A DNA stretch of 18,385 bases from Geosiphon pyriformis uo1 (GCA_016748015.1 JAAOMT010000676.1:7408-25792), one strand, 5' to 3'; positions 1 through 11,345 are shown, counted from the stretch's first letter. Numbers and translations are program-made. The notes: generated by a model from the sequence alone, not told the origin.

Positions 1-398
1 TTCTTTATTTTTATTTTCTTTATTTTATTTTTTTTTTTTTTTTGATTTTGTTGTTGTATACTAATTGATTAAAAGATTAAGCACTGAGTTATTGACGTCA
101 AGAATAGCCTGATAAAAGACCCAGAAATAAGAGTAGGATTTTATATATTATCGGATAGCTTACCAGAAGGGCATGACTGCCAGACTAAATTTGGCCACCA
201 CACTGAGAAAGAAATTAAGAAAACTCTTGAAAAGATACATCTACTATCAACACTATTGAATCTCTGTCCATTATACAAAGGGCTCCATCAAAACCTTCAG
301 ATACAACACTTGCAGAACCTCATCCACAGAAGTAGCTTTTGAGCACCAAGTTATGAGTTTGTTATTTAATTCAACAGCAGAAATAATCACCTGTAACA
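1..398 (+). repeat. LTR (3' portion; a 3' LTR or solo LTR) nested inside the gag-like region of a related minus-strand element
   Basis: Colinear similarity to the reverse complement of ~1277-1690. Shared blocks: T-rich tract, GATTAAAA, TAAAAGACC, ATAGCTTA, TGGCCA..CTGAGAAA, AATCTCTGTC.ATTATACAAA, CAAAACCTTCAGATA, AGCACCAAGTTA..AGTTTGTTATTT. Ends AATCACCTGTAACA, matching AATTACCTATAACA in the other copy. No PBS follows. Confidence 0.8.
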
Positions 399-1258
399 AC
401 AATTACTGAAGGTAAGTTTTTCTGATTAATTGCTTTGGTATTTGGATTGTTTTGAGTTTGCTAGGTTTTAATGTTTGGAGTTTCAACTTCCAAATTTTCT
501 AAGATTGAGTTTTGGTAAGTAAATTTTTAATTTTTGGCTTCTTTTTCTTTTTCTTTTTTTTCTGATTTCGTTATCTTCCAGGGACTTGTATTTCCAAAAT
601 CTGGTTAGGGTGGTGGTGATTGGAGTTCTGATGGCATTGGGGATCATGATTTAAATCCCTCAAAGTAGTTGCCATAAGTTCCTAGTAATTCTGTTTTTTT
701 TATTTACTTTAAAATGGGAGTTGGCCAAATATTGATGTCACATGTAATGTGAACATGCCTATTAATAAGATATTGATAGTGTTTTCTAGTATATAATAGT
801 ATGATAGATTGGTTAGTGATTTAACTCTGGTTTTCTTTCAAGTAGGTAGTTGTATTTGTTTTGGTATTACTACTGGTATTTGCAATCTTCCTTTGTCTTT
901 GTTTGTATAAATGATGGGGAATTGTTGTTGTGTGTATCTTTTAATGATTTGATTGATTTCTCTGATGATTAGTGCAAAACTGTAGTTTTTTGGTAAACTG
1001 GTATGTTGAAATAATTCTGTATAGAAATTTTTCCTTGCAGATTCAATGTTAACTGTTGCTCCTAAGCAGTCTGTAATTTTATTATTGACATAAAAGTTGA
1101 AGGCTAATTTTGCTGAGAAATGGTTATTGTTTAATTCTAATTGTTGCCTGTATTGTTAAAACAGAGATTTGGCAAATCTTAAGTGGTTTGCTCTTATGAT
1201 TTCTAATTCTGTCACTTTTGGATGATTGTTATTGGTGCTGTTCTCTGTAGGATTATAT
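399..1258 (-). pseudogene. Decayed gag-leader/ORF1-like frame of the LTR element
   Basis: One frame reads NPTENSTNNNHPKVTELEIIRANHLRFAKSLF*QYRQQ...ELLGTYGNYFEGFKS*SPMPSELQSPPP*PDFG...ETPNIKT*QTQNNPNTKAINQKNLPSVI. Its stops are single C>T/G>A transitions from sense codons. Confidence 0.65.
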
Positions 1259-1274
1259 CTTACAGAGAGCACCA
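1259..1274 (-). promoter_or_regulatory. Primer-binding site (TGGTGCTCTCTGTAAG), complementary to a tRNA 3' end, possibly elongator tRNA-Met
   Basis: Minus strand reads ...TATAACA-TT-TGGTGCTCTCTGTAAG, the canonical LTR-2nt-TGG geometry. tRNA identity is inferred from resemblance to eukaryotic tRNA-Met(e) 3' ends (..CTCAC.....GCACCA). Confidence 0.7.
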
Positions 1275-1276
1275 AA

Positions 1277-1761
1277 TGTTATAGGTAATTATTTGGGGTC
1301 TCCAAATCAAATAACAAACTTGTAACTTGGTGCTTAGTGACTAATCTGGTGGATAGTGTTGGTAATGTTGGTACATTGTTATTATCTGAAGGTTTTGTTG
1401 TGGAGTTTTTTGTATAATAGACAGAGATTTAATTGATAGTTTTATCTGTAGCTTCCTAAAACTGCAGTTTTGTCAAATTTTTTTCTCAGCGTGATGGCCA
1501 GTAATTCTCCTGATAAGCTATTCTCAAATTTATAAGTGTTTTGCCCTTGTATTATAGGTCTTTTACCAGTCCTTATAACATCTGTATCTTAGCACTTAAT
1601 TTTTAATCGATTTAGTAAAACCAAAAAAATAACAAAAGAAAATAAAAAAAAATAAAAGAAAATAATAAAACAAATAAAAGCAATTACAAGTTAATATTTT
1701 GTCAATAACCATGATCAAGAGCTATTGTTTCAGTGTGGTTAAGTATCAATTACTATCAACA
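1277..1761 (-). repeat. 5' LTR (~485 bp)
   Basis: Minus strand starts TGTTGATAG and ends CTATAACA (imperfect terminal inverted repeat). Similar to 1-398 (+) and 5375-5907 (-). Confidence 0.8.
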
Positions 1762-1904
1762 TGAAATGTTAATAGTGGAAAGTGGATTTGAGATAAAGAA
1801 TAATTATTTATTAATATTTGTGAATTTGAAAGTTGCTTAGATAAAATCTAAACTAAAAGGTCTGCCTTTTTTACTTCTAATACTACCACTATATATACAT
1901 AATT

Positions 1905-2073
1905 GAGATTCCTCAATTCCTCAATTTTTGACACCAGGAATCTTGAAATTTCTGGAATCTTGCAATTCCTTTTGAGAAAAATTTTGGAATTTTGGAATTC
2001 TGCGATTCCTTGTACAAGAATCCTGAAATTTCTGGAATTCTGCAATTTTTCTTAAAAAGAATCTTGGAATTCC
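1905..2073. repeat. Degenerate array of GGAATTCC-like 8-9-mers with an 80-bp higher-order duplication
   Basis: Many GGAAT(T/C) and AATTCC variants. CAGGAATCTTGAAATTTCTGGAATCTTGCAATT (1935-1967) recurs as CAAGAATCCTGAAATTTCTGGAATTCTGCAATT (2015-2047). Confidence 0.75.
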
Positions 2074-3594
2074 ATATTTACTACAGCTACCTCTAATTGG
2101 CTAATTTATGTGTTAATATACTTCTTATATTTTTATGAGTAACATTCTTTTATAGTTTTTAATATGTTAAATAGTAGTATTTAAATCTGTTAAAGTATGT
2201 AGATAAACTTTTTTGATTAATTTATTCTTTAAATTAATAATAGTTTAATCCAAATTTTAAAAATTAGAGTAATAAGTATTTGTTTTAAGCTAATAAATTC
2301 TTTTAAAAAATTTATTAAACTTTTTAATATAAGTTATAATAGATTCTAATAGTTTTTATTTGATGTTTTAAAAGTAGTTTTAAAAAATAATTAAAGTATT
2401 ATTGTTTATAAACTATTTAAAAAAAGCAGTTTTAAAAGTTGACTATTCTGCAAAAAAAGCAGCCAAGTTTTTGAATTATTTGCCAAAATATTTTTAAAAA
2501 AATAAAAAATTGCTCTTAATATTCTTATTATATTTTATTTATTTGTGTTTTTTGCTTTAGTAACTTAGTCAAGCCACTCTTAAAAACTGATTTTAATGTT
2601 TTTTTTAGAGAATTTAAAAATTTTTGCAATATAAATAGTCATTTTTTTATTTTTATTATTGTCTATAGTTTTTTTTTTTTTGTTTTTTTTTTCAATAGAT
2701 TCAGAAATGTCTTTTTTGTAAGCTAATATTTTTAAATATTTACTTTGGTTTTCTGCTAAATAATTAGGAAGATTAGTATTAGTTTAAAATTAGTTCTAAC
2801 TATTAGATTAAATTTTTGATAAAGTTTTCTGGTCTTAAAAATTAGTTAAAAAATGAATTAAATATTTGTACTTAAGTAAACAAAGTCGAGAAAAATGTAA
2901 TTAAAAATAGTAATTTAAAATTGGTTTTTTATTTAAGTGTTTATAAATATTAAAAGATTTGTTTTTAATGTATTAAAAATTGTGTAAACTAGTTAAGTGT
3001 TTTTTTTTGTTTTTGTTAATTTTAGATTCAAATTTAAGTTTAAGAACAAATTTTAAATCAACAAAATATTTTTTTTTATAAAACTTAATAATATTATAAT
3101 TAAGTTTTTTAAAATAAATAGTGTAAATATCAATACTAATAACTTTTGAATCTTTGTTTAAATAATAAATTAAGTTTTTAAGAAATTTTTTTTTAATTTT
3201 TATAATATTATTGTTTCCAAAAAAATAATTATTAATTTAATTTTCAATATATTAAAAAAATTTTTTTTAAAAGCTGTAATTTTATTTTGGTTTTTAAATT
3301 ATTGTTTATAGTAAATATAAATTAATTAATAATACTTTAAAGTTATTATATCTGATATAATTACTACTTTAATTTAATTGTTGCTGTATTATTTTTTAGA
3401 AAACATCAAATATTACTGAAAATTTTTCTACTTTTTTCTAAATATTGTTAATATTATTTTGCTGGTAATTTTGTTATTAATAAAACTTAATAAATTTTCA
3501 ATAAATTAATTTTTTTTTCAAAGTATTTTTTTATATTTTAAACTATTTATGCTGTTAGACTTATAAAAAAATAACCAATTTTATATTAATTATT

Positions 3595-3770
3595 TGTATA
3601 ATTACTTTACAGTAAAAATTAATTTTTTAACAAAAAAATCTTATCTGTAAATTTTTTAAAATATGTATAATTACTTTGTTGTAAAAGTTAACTCTTTTAT
3701 AAAAAATCCTAACTATAAACTACTTAATAATATAAAAAAAAATAAATTAAAAAAAATAAAAATAAAAAAA
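3595..3770 (+). repeat. Putative 3' end of a non-LTR retroelement: duplicated ~49-bp 3'UTR motif followed by an A-rich tail
   Basis: TGTATAATTACTTT occurs exactly at 3595 and 3664 (69-bp period) and similarity continues ~35 bp further. A-rich tail at ~3734-3770. Confidence 0.5.
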
Positions 3771-3910
3771 TATATCAAAAAAGTTATTTTAGATTCAAAT
3801 TTAGAAGTTTTTAATAATTACTATAATTAATAATTAATCAATATAAAATAATTAATTTTAAAACAAAAATATTTAAGAAAAAATCAAAAACTTTTTGTTT
3901 TCTTAATTTT

Positions 3911-4992
3911 ATGATTATAACCAAAGCAAAAAGTAAAAAAGCTGTAAATATTACTTTTTCTATAGTAACTAATAAAATTTCAACATAAAAAAGTCTTTTT
4001 GTTATTAAAACAGCTAAACATAATGTTTTGGTTACATTTTTTTAAAAAAATATTAATGAAAAGCTGTTTTTAGTAACTATTAAAACATTTTTTTCATTTT
4101 TAACTGGTTTTTTACTAGTTAAAGTTTTTTTAAAGAGATATACTTAAATTAATTCTAGTGTTGTTTTTATTTTCTTTAAGAGCCCAAAAATTTTTAATAA
4201 TAAACCAGTTAATAAGCTGGTCTTTTTTTTTATAGTTTTTACATTTAATGTTATTAGTACTATTTTTTTTAATAAAATAGTCAAAAAGACTAAAGATTCA
4301 AAAAAGTGAAAACAATTATTCATTTCTGCTATTGTTACACAAACTTCTTTGTGATTTTTAATAAGATCTTAAATAAGATCTTTGTTGTATTAATTAGTTT
4401 ATCATTCAAAATAAGCCAAAATTAATCATTAATTATGTTGTTAAATATAAAGTCTTTAGTAAATTTTTACCAGTTTTGAAAAAAAACAACAGTTTTCTAT
4501 TAAGTTACTTGTTCTTGAAAACTGGACTGATCAAATAGAAACTGAATTATTATTATTTTTTCTGGTTTTTGGTGTTATTATTAATGGTGCTTGAGAAACT
4601 ATTACTAGTTATCAAAGATTTACTAAGTAAATAATTTTTACTCTAATATTTAATACTATTTTTAAGATTAAATTGGCTCATATTAAGGCTGTTTTTTAGT
4701 TTATACATGGTTTTTTGAATATAAAATTTGTTTTTAAAGACAATATAAAGTTTTTTTATATAGAATTTGCTTTCCAAAGTTTTTAAATACTAGGTTTTTA
4801 ATTAAGTTTACAAGTTCTGTTTGTTTGGCCACTCTTAAAATTACCAAGTTTTTGGTGGTTTTTGAATTTGGTTTTTTTTTTGCTGTTGTTGCATTGTATA
4901 ATGTATTATTAAGTATGTTTACTACTAATATTAAGATAACTCTTAGTGTTTTTGGTATTGTTTTTTATGTTATGTTGAAGTTTGTTGATTTT
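3911..4992 (+). pseudogene. Decayed ORF1-like region of a LINE-type non-LTR retrotransposon, 3'-truncated
   Basis: ATG at 3911 (MIITKAKSKKAVNITFSIVTNKIST*...), then readable patches: KSPKIFNNKPVNKLVF, VLENWTDQIETE, FKIKLAHIKAVF*FIHGFL, LATLKITKFLVVFEFG, IKITLSVFGIV. The LINE ORF1 assignment rests on recalled similarity to Glomeromycotina repeat proteins and is unverified. Confidence 0.5.
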
Positions 4993-5374
4993 GATAATAT
5001 ATAATTGTTTACTTTAAAAAATTATATACTGCTGTATTTGTTCTCAATTACTGGTTAATTTTAGTGAACAAAAATAATATTTGGATTCTTTTTTTTATGA
5101 ATTAAAAAGAGATAATTTTGTTTCAAAATAAGTTTAAAACCAAGTTGGTCAATTTTTTTTTGGCTGTATTGTTTTTGAGATTAATAATATAATCTTTTAA
5201 GTTGATAGCTAAATGTGTTTTATTTTTTGTTTTCCAAATTTTGGTTATTATTCCCAATTTGCTCTAATTATATTTAAATCTTAAATTGACTTAAACTTTA
5301 CAGTTGTCAAAACTAATGTACTGAAAAAATAACATATTTGAAGAGAAACTTCTGGTTGTTGGTATTGTTTTAGA

Positions 5375-5907
5375 TGTTGTTATAAATAAACTTGATAGTA
5401 TATAGTGATAACATTTGGTGCTTAAAATTTGGGTTTTTGGGGAGTTTTTGATGGTTTTTTTTCAGTAAACTTGTTTAGTGTATTAGTATTATTAGTCTCT
5501 GAAGGTTTTTTTAATTAATATGAATTTACTTATAAAGTTTTTTGGTTATAAGACACAAAGAAATATTTTGTGGTGTTGTAACTTCTTGTATGTGAATGTA
5601 AATTATTTTCTCTGAGCTAACAAGCAGTCATTAGGGTTTGATAGTATTTTTTTACTCTTCTGATAAGCTACCAAGATAATGTTAATATCTAATCTTAAGA
5701 GAAGCTTTCTTTTTTTACTAGACTATTACAAAGTTTATTTTCAAACAGTCAATTTTTTTATGTTGCCACTTTACAAAAGAGAATAAAAAAAAATAAAAAA
5801 AAATAAAAAAATAAAAAAAATTAAAATAAGAAATAAGAAATAAATATTCTGTTAATAGCCATAATTAAAAACTATTGTGTCAACAAGTTAAGTAGTAGAT
5901 AATAACA
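5375..5907 (-). mobile_element. Solo LTR (533 bp) with 4-bp target-site duplication TAGA
   Basis: Bounded by TGTTGTTAT...ATAATAACA (8/9 inverted match), with TAGA at 5371-5374 and 5908-5911. Shares TTGGTGCTTA, TCTGAAGGTTTT, CTGATAAGCTA, an A-rich tract and AATA.CCAT.AT.AA.A.CTATTGT with the 1277-1761 LTR. Confidence 0.8.
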
Positions 5908-6008
5908 TAGATTTGAAAAATTGAAGAGATATTTTATTGATATAATTTCATTTTGGTTGATAGCAACTATTCTTGAAGAGAAAAATATTTAATAATTATG
6001 ACTTGCAA

Positions 6009-6053
6009 GTCTAATTAACTCTGAGAGTCTAATTAACTCCTAAGAATCTAATT
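6009..6053. repeat. Short tandem repeat, 18-19-bp unit GTCTAATTAACTC(T/CT)(G/A)AGA x2.4
   Basis: Directly visible: gtctaattaactctgaga / gtctaattaactcctaaga / atctaatt. Confidence 0.7.
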
Positions 6054-8230
6054 TTTTTTCTTTCTAATTTCTATAATTATTCATTTTTATACATTTTTTT
6101 GTTCTACAGAATTGCTTTTTAATTGTTTTGTTTTTGCTAACTATTATTTTACTATTTCTGTTATAACTTTGTTCTTCTACATTATTACTAGTTATCTTAT
6201 GTTTCAATTAGTTATTTTGTGCTATAATATATTATCGAGTTTTGTATTATGTTATTCTGAATTATTACACATATTCTGTGTATTTTCACATTATTTTGTG
6301 TTATTTTATGTCATCATGTTTTTGGTCACATTTTCTCTATAACTTTAGATTGGTTTTTCTATTCAGATAACAATATTAAAAAATAAATTATCTAACTATG
6401 GACTGTAAAATTCTTTTGTCTTTCTCTTCTAAGGCTCTCAAAGTATTTAAACCATATTTTATAAGTAATATTTCTTATATTAAAGCTTCTGCTTTTTCAG
6501 ATTTTTCTGAGTTTTTTTTTAGTGGTTTTTATTTTTTTTTTGTAATTGTTAATGATTTTTTGATTTTTTTTTAGCTGATATCTTTGAAATTCAATTTGGT
6601 TAAATTGTTAATTCTGATTAGGTCTATTATTAAGCCTGTTAATGCATTAGTTATAATGTTTGAATATTTTATTAAAGATAATTTTATATTAAACAGTGTT
6701 TTTAGTCTTAAGATTAATAAACTTATGATTTATTTGAGTTTTTTTTAGCAAGTTTATTAGTAAGTTGAGAAAAAAAATAGTTTCTTTAAAAAAAAAGTGC
6801 TGCATATAAGATATTAATATGTTTAATAATTCAGAACATTTAATTAACATAAATAATAATATATTTTCTAATTTGATTTCTTTTTAGAAATATAAATCTG
6901 TTAGGATTAAAACTAATCTCTTAAAAACAGCCAAATAATTAGTTGAATTTATTTTTTGTAGTGTTATTTTGTTTAATATTATTCAAAAAATGTTGTCTTT
7001 AGATAAATTTTCTTTTATTGTATTAATATAGTATAGTCTAAACTGGTTTAAGTAGTTAATTACATGTAAAAAACATATAAACTATATTTAATACTAGAAT
7101 TTTTAATTTGTTTTTAATTTCTAAACAGTAGTTGGGCTTTGTTTATTAAATTTTAATAAAAAAATATTTAAGAATTTTTATGTTTTTAGGATAAGTTTTT
7201 ATTGAAATTAATTTATAGAAAAGATATTTAATAAAAATTAATTTTAACTAAGATATATTTTTTTTAAAAAAAGTTCTTCTTTTATACAATTTATTATAGT
7301 ACTATTTTATAATCTAACACTTTTTTTTTCTTAATATTTTGGTAAATTAAAAATATATTTCATTAAATTACAAATTATTTCTGTAAATTATAAATTATTT
7401 TGGTAAACTGTTAAATAATAATTATAATAATTTAATTGATAATTTGAAATAATAATATAATATTAATTAATAATAAATATTATAAAAATAATTTTATATT
7501 AATTAATATCTTAAATTTCAACTGATAATACTAATTAACTTAGTAATTTAATTAATTTATAAGTTGTTTTATAATTATTTTGTCAGTTAATTTACTAATA
7601 AGTATTAGTTTAATATTTATTTATTCTGTTTTGGTATTAGTATATATTATTATTATTAGTTTATTCTAATTAAAACAGTTTTACTAAAAAAATTAAAGAT
7701 ATTTAAATTTTTTTTATTAAATAAAAAAATAGTAGCAAGTATTTTATTTTTAGTAATTATAGTTAAAAAAATCATATTAGAAGTAATTTGGTTGTTGTTA
7801 AGAGAAAAAAAATTGGTAGATTTAATTATAGCTTTTTTTTCAAAAGTATAATATTAAAATTCTGAGTTTTGTAAAAACCAAGATAAACAGCTTGGTTAAA
7901 ATATCTATTTAATAGTACTTAAAATAGTAAATTACTGTAATTTATACTCATAATAATATAAATATAAATTAAAATTGATTTTTTTTGTTTTTTTTTTTTT
8001 TTTATTATAATTGATAATTTAAGATCTTAAATTAATAAATACTAAGACAAAGACTACATTATTATTTAAGAATATTAATAATAATTTTGTAATAATTAAG
8101 ATAAATATTAGAGTTGTTAATACTAAGAAAATAAATATTAATATCTTATTAATTATATATATTTTGATTGTACTTAATATTAATTTTCTTAATATTAATT
8201 AAATATTTTTTTTAGCAATTTCTAATAATA

Positions 8231-8270
8231 TGTTCTAATTTTTAACAATATATTCTAATTTTTAACAATA
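8231..8270. repeat. 20-bp tandem duplication
   Basis: tgttctaatttttaacaata / tattctaatttttaacaata. Confidence 0.7.
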
Positions 8271-8528
8271 GTAATAGTTATGAAGATTTTGTTTTATAAT
8301 TCTTTTTATTTTTAATAATAATATTATTATTAATACTATAGACTGCTGTTATTTTTTTAGTATTGTAAAAACTAATATGTTTTTAAATTTTTAATAAAAA
8401 ATTCTTAGTTAATTTTTTACTTAATTAAATAAGCTTTATATTAATATTAAAAATTTTATTTATAATCAAATTAACAATTTGGGTATGATTAACTTTTTGT
8501 TTAACCAATTTAAAATTATAAATAAGTA

Positions 8529-8581
8529 TTAGGGTTAGGATCAAGATTAGGGTTAAGATCAGATATAGAGGGTTGGGTTAG
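8529..8581 (+). repeat. Degenerate interstitial telomeric repeat tract (TTAGGG)n
   Basis: In-phase hexamers TTAGGG TTAGGA TCAAGA TTAGGG TTAAGA TCAGAT ATAGAG, then GG TTGGG TTAG. Deviations are mostly G>A, matching the local mutation bias. Confidence 0.75.
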
Positions 8582-11345
8582 CATCATAAAACAAAACTAA
8601 TCATGTGCTAGAATCTGTGACAATGGCCAATGAGATAAAAATCACATGGCTAGACCAAGGATAAAATAATTTAACCAGCTGTCACCAAGTCAAGCCAAAT
8701 CATGCAAACCAATTGGAATCCAACACCAGTGAACACTGAAAAGTAGGTTCAGCCAGTTTTTGGCGATTAAAGTCCTTCTGGCTCTATTAACAATATTGAA
8801 AACACTACTACCACAGATAACTATAGCTACTAAGGAGTTGGCATGATCCGAAAATGAAGGAGAAATGACATTATGAATGACTTTACATATAAGAGGCCTT
8901 TTTGGTAAATTAGGAATCTTAACAATAATACTAAAAAAATCTCTTTTTCCATGAAAACCAAGAAGTCAAGGCCTCTTAACCCAAGTATTTTTGTTAAGTT
9001 GAAAGTTAACCACAGACAAAGGATAGCCTCTAGTCAGCAACCAAGCTTTAAATTCCTTAATATGAACTCAGTAACTGGAAAAATCCAAATTATTTCGAAT
9101 ATGATAAATATTTTCACTCTGAATCCAGTTCATAACATATTTTCTAGGATAAAAAGTCTGAAGATCAGTATATATATGAAGATTACATGGTTTGTCATAA
9201 GATTGGACCAAAAATTTAGTAAGATTATCAGACCAGAAAACCGAAATATTCAAATCTAAAAATATAATATTATAGTCATTATTATTAGTGCATTCCAAAA
9301 TAAACATAGAAGGAACAGCAAAAGACTGGTAATACTATACCCAGGCATTAATATCAAATTTATGAGGTTCATAAATAACGATAATATCATCTAAATAATA
9401 ACGAACAATAGTGGACCCAAAAGTATTAACCATAGTCATAACAATTTTGTGTTCAATAGAAGCACAGAATAAATTCACAATAACGGGAGCAGCTGAAGTA
9501 CCTATTGTCAGTTCTTTGTGCTAGTAATAGAATGAATCTTCATAAAGAACAAAGCTATTCTCAAGAATAAGCATCATAAGTTTAACTTCAAAGGTCAACC
9601 AAAGATTCTCAAAATTTGAGTGATCAGATAAAAAAAATTTCAGCCAAGCCCAAATGCATTGATAAAATGTACGAATTTCAATATTGGTATACATATTTTT
9701 AATGTCAAATGTAGTAACAGTAACATAGCCATGATAATAATTCGAAATAAGTTTAACAAAACTCATAGAATTATTGAAGACTGTTGGACTTTTTTAATGT
9801 AAGATTGCCAATATTTGGCTAACTAATGTGAAGCAGTAGACATAATCCAAAAATGATTAAGAGTAATGGAATGAAGAACACAAGGGTTTTTGTGTAATTT
9901 CCATAATCTATAAATTTCAAGAAAACGTAATTCAGAATTATGTAAAGAAAAAAATATTTTTCACAAGTATTTATGAGTATTTTTATGTTCCCTTAAGTCA
10001 GTGCTCATATAAAAATCAAATATATGATTCAAGAGCAATTTAGAACAGTGCAAAACATCAGACACATCACAAAGCTTAAAAACTGAAGTGTCAAAAAGTA
10101 GCTTAAGCATTTTAGTGTTATAATGAGAATAATTACAAATAGTGAGATTCATGTTTTTATTTGATAGAACAACAATCAAGTCATGATTTATTAAAAATAA
10201 TAAAACATTATTAACACATTCAGAGATATTAAAAATACTATTTCTATGATCCTTAAGTACATTGAAATTATTTAAAATGTAGTCAGATGCAAAGAGTAAA
10301 TGCTGATTGAAAATTAAGAGGCTTTCTCTTTTCCTTTCAAAGATTTTACTATAGGCTTTGAGGATTTGTTTTCTGATGTCTGACCACGTTTAATAGGTTT
10401 TAACAAGAAAGGGTTTTGAAGTAAGTTGAAAGTTCGAATCTAACTTCAAGAAATTTATAACAAAAAAGAGAATAATCACAAAAGAAATATTGTGAACCAA
10501 TACCTTCATTGATTTTTTGGCTTTGAGTGGTTGTTTAACTGTTGTTTTTGAGGCCTTTTTTTTCCCTTTTAATCACCTTGTTTTGCATTTTTCACTTTTT
10601 TGTTTGGGAGATTTTTCTTGGCTGGAGATGGGTGAACTTTACATTTTGGGGAAGGTTTTGATACTGGAATCTACAGAAACAATCTTATTAGAAAAATATT
10701 TTTTCAAAACAGGCTTGTGTAGAGTAGAACTAACCACAGTAGAACCAATGACCAAGTTTTTTAAAGCTTAATGAGTTTTAATGAATGTTTTAAACTCCTT
10801 AATTTCTTTATCAAAAATTCTCAGTAAACTACTCTTAGCTTTATCAGAAACCAAGTTATCAGTATGAACTTTACTGATTAAATTGGCAACATCCAAACAA
10901 ACTTTTGAGGGAGACTTATTAATGAGAGCATTATACTTGGCAATTTTTGCCAATAGCAGATTTTCACAAGAATGCTTTAAAGCCACACAAACTTCACCAA
11001 ACGTATTATCAATTATAAGTAAGTCATCAGAAAGAAATTGAGAAAGATCATAAAGAGAAGTAGGTAAAAAAAATTTTGGGTCACAGTTTGAATTAGCAAT
11101 AATTTTACATTTCAGATCATCTATCTTATGAAATAGAAAAAGAACATAATTTTTTTGCTTTAAAATTTAAGGAAATGACATATTATTAAGATTGGAAGAA
11201 CCAATCTTGAGTGCAAGCTAGTTAGCAAGCTTTTGAACAGCAACGAATTTCCTAATGTTCATTAGGGGGATGTCAATGTCTATGTTGTTAGAAGAAATAG
11301 TAGATTGAGAAGTAGATTAAGACATGTTTGATAAAAGGTTAGGGT
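8582..11345 (-). mobile_element. Endonuclease-deficient Penelope-like retroelement (Coprina/Athena-type architecture), decayed
   Basis: Penelope-type RT frame with no GIY-YIG domain, a short 3' UTR, and a 3' end abutting telomeric repeats. The 5' boundary is approximate (11345-11450). Confidence 0.8.
8690..11325 (-). pseudogene. Penelope-like reverse transcriptase with long N-terminal extension (~870 codons, many stops, one frameshift near 9785)
   Basis: ATG 11325 is in frame with listed ORFs 10768-10986 and 9961-10179. After one frameshift the frame runs through ORFs 9521-9766 and 9068-9307. Motifs in order: VHNIS..FLKLDSNF; LIVVLSNKNMNL (cf. PADK); EIYRLWKLHKNP; FDIKNMYTNI (A); IGTSAAPVIVNLF (B); YYLDDII (C, ~9386-9397); FLDLNI (E); YDKPCNLHIY; RGYP. 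The C-terminal end is approximate. Confidence 0.88.

Larger units (their letters stand above)
399..1761 (-). mobile_element. 5' part of an LTR retrotransposon (probably Ty3/Gypsy): 5' LTR + PBS + decayed gag-like frame, interrupted at 398/399
   Basis: TG...CA-bounded LTR, a TGG-starting PBS 2 nt downstream, then a long single reading frame broken by stops. No pol domains lie in the window, so the superfamily is inferred. Confidence 0.8.
2100..8520. other. Extremely AT-rich block of nested, hypermutated transposon relics
   Basis: C and G are strongly depleted. I found only two CpGs by eye (~2887, ~6236). Several A/T tracts and residual coding-like patches remain, e.g. minus ~6388-6515 NSEKSEKAEALI*EILLIKYGLNTLRALEEKDKRILQSIVR*. 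Confidence 0.75.

Noticed and set aside
1848-2045. 65-aa minus-strand ORF
   Set aside because: A by-product of the GGAATTCC repeat array; repetitive peptide with no domain.
5631-5636. Single TTAGGG
   Set aside because: Isolated hexamer inside a solo LTR with no flanking periodicity.
1905-6053. CRISPR-like arrays
   Set aside because: The repeats lack constant-length unique spacers, and the context is eukaryotic with no cas genes.
6112-6342. 76-aa hydrophobic ORF resembling a membrane protein
   Set aside because: T-rich low-complexity DNA yields F/L/I/Y/V by composition; non-ATG start.
8735-8775. Possible hammerhead ribozyme in the PLE 3' region (CTGAAAAG..., GCCA-GTTTT-TGGC hairpin)
   Set aside because: I could not assemble an intact CUGANGA/GAAA core with stems I-III on either strand; decay may have erased it.
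8951-10771. Plus-strand ORFs 8951-9259 and 10517-10771
   Set aside because: Antisense shadows of the Penelope-like RT frame.
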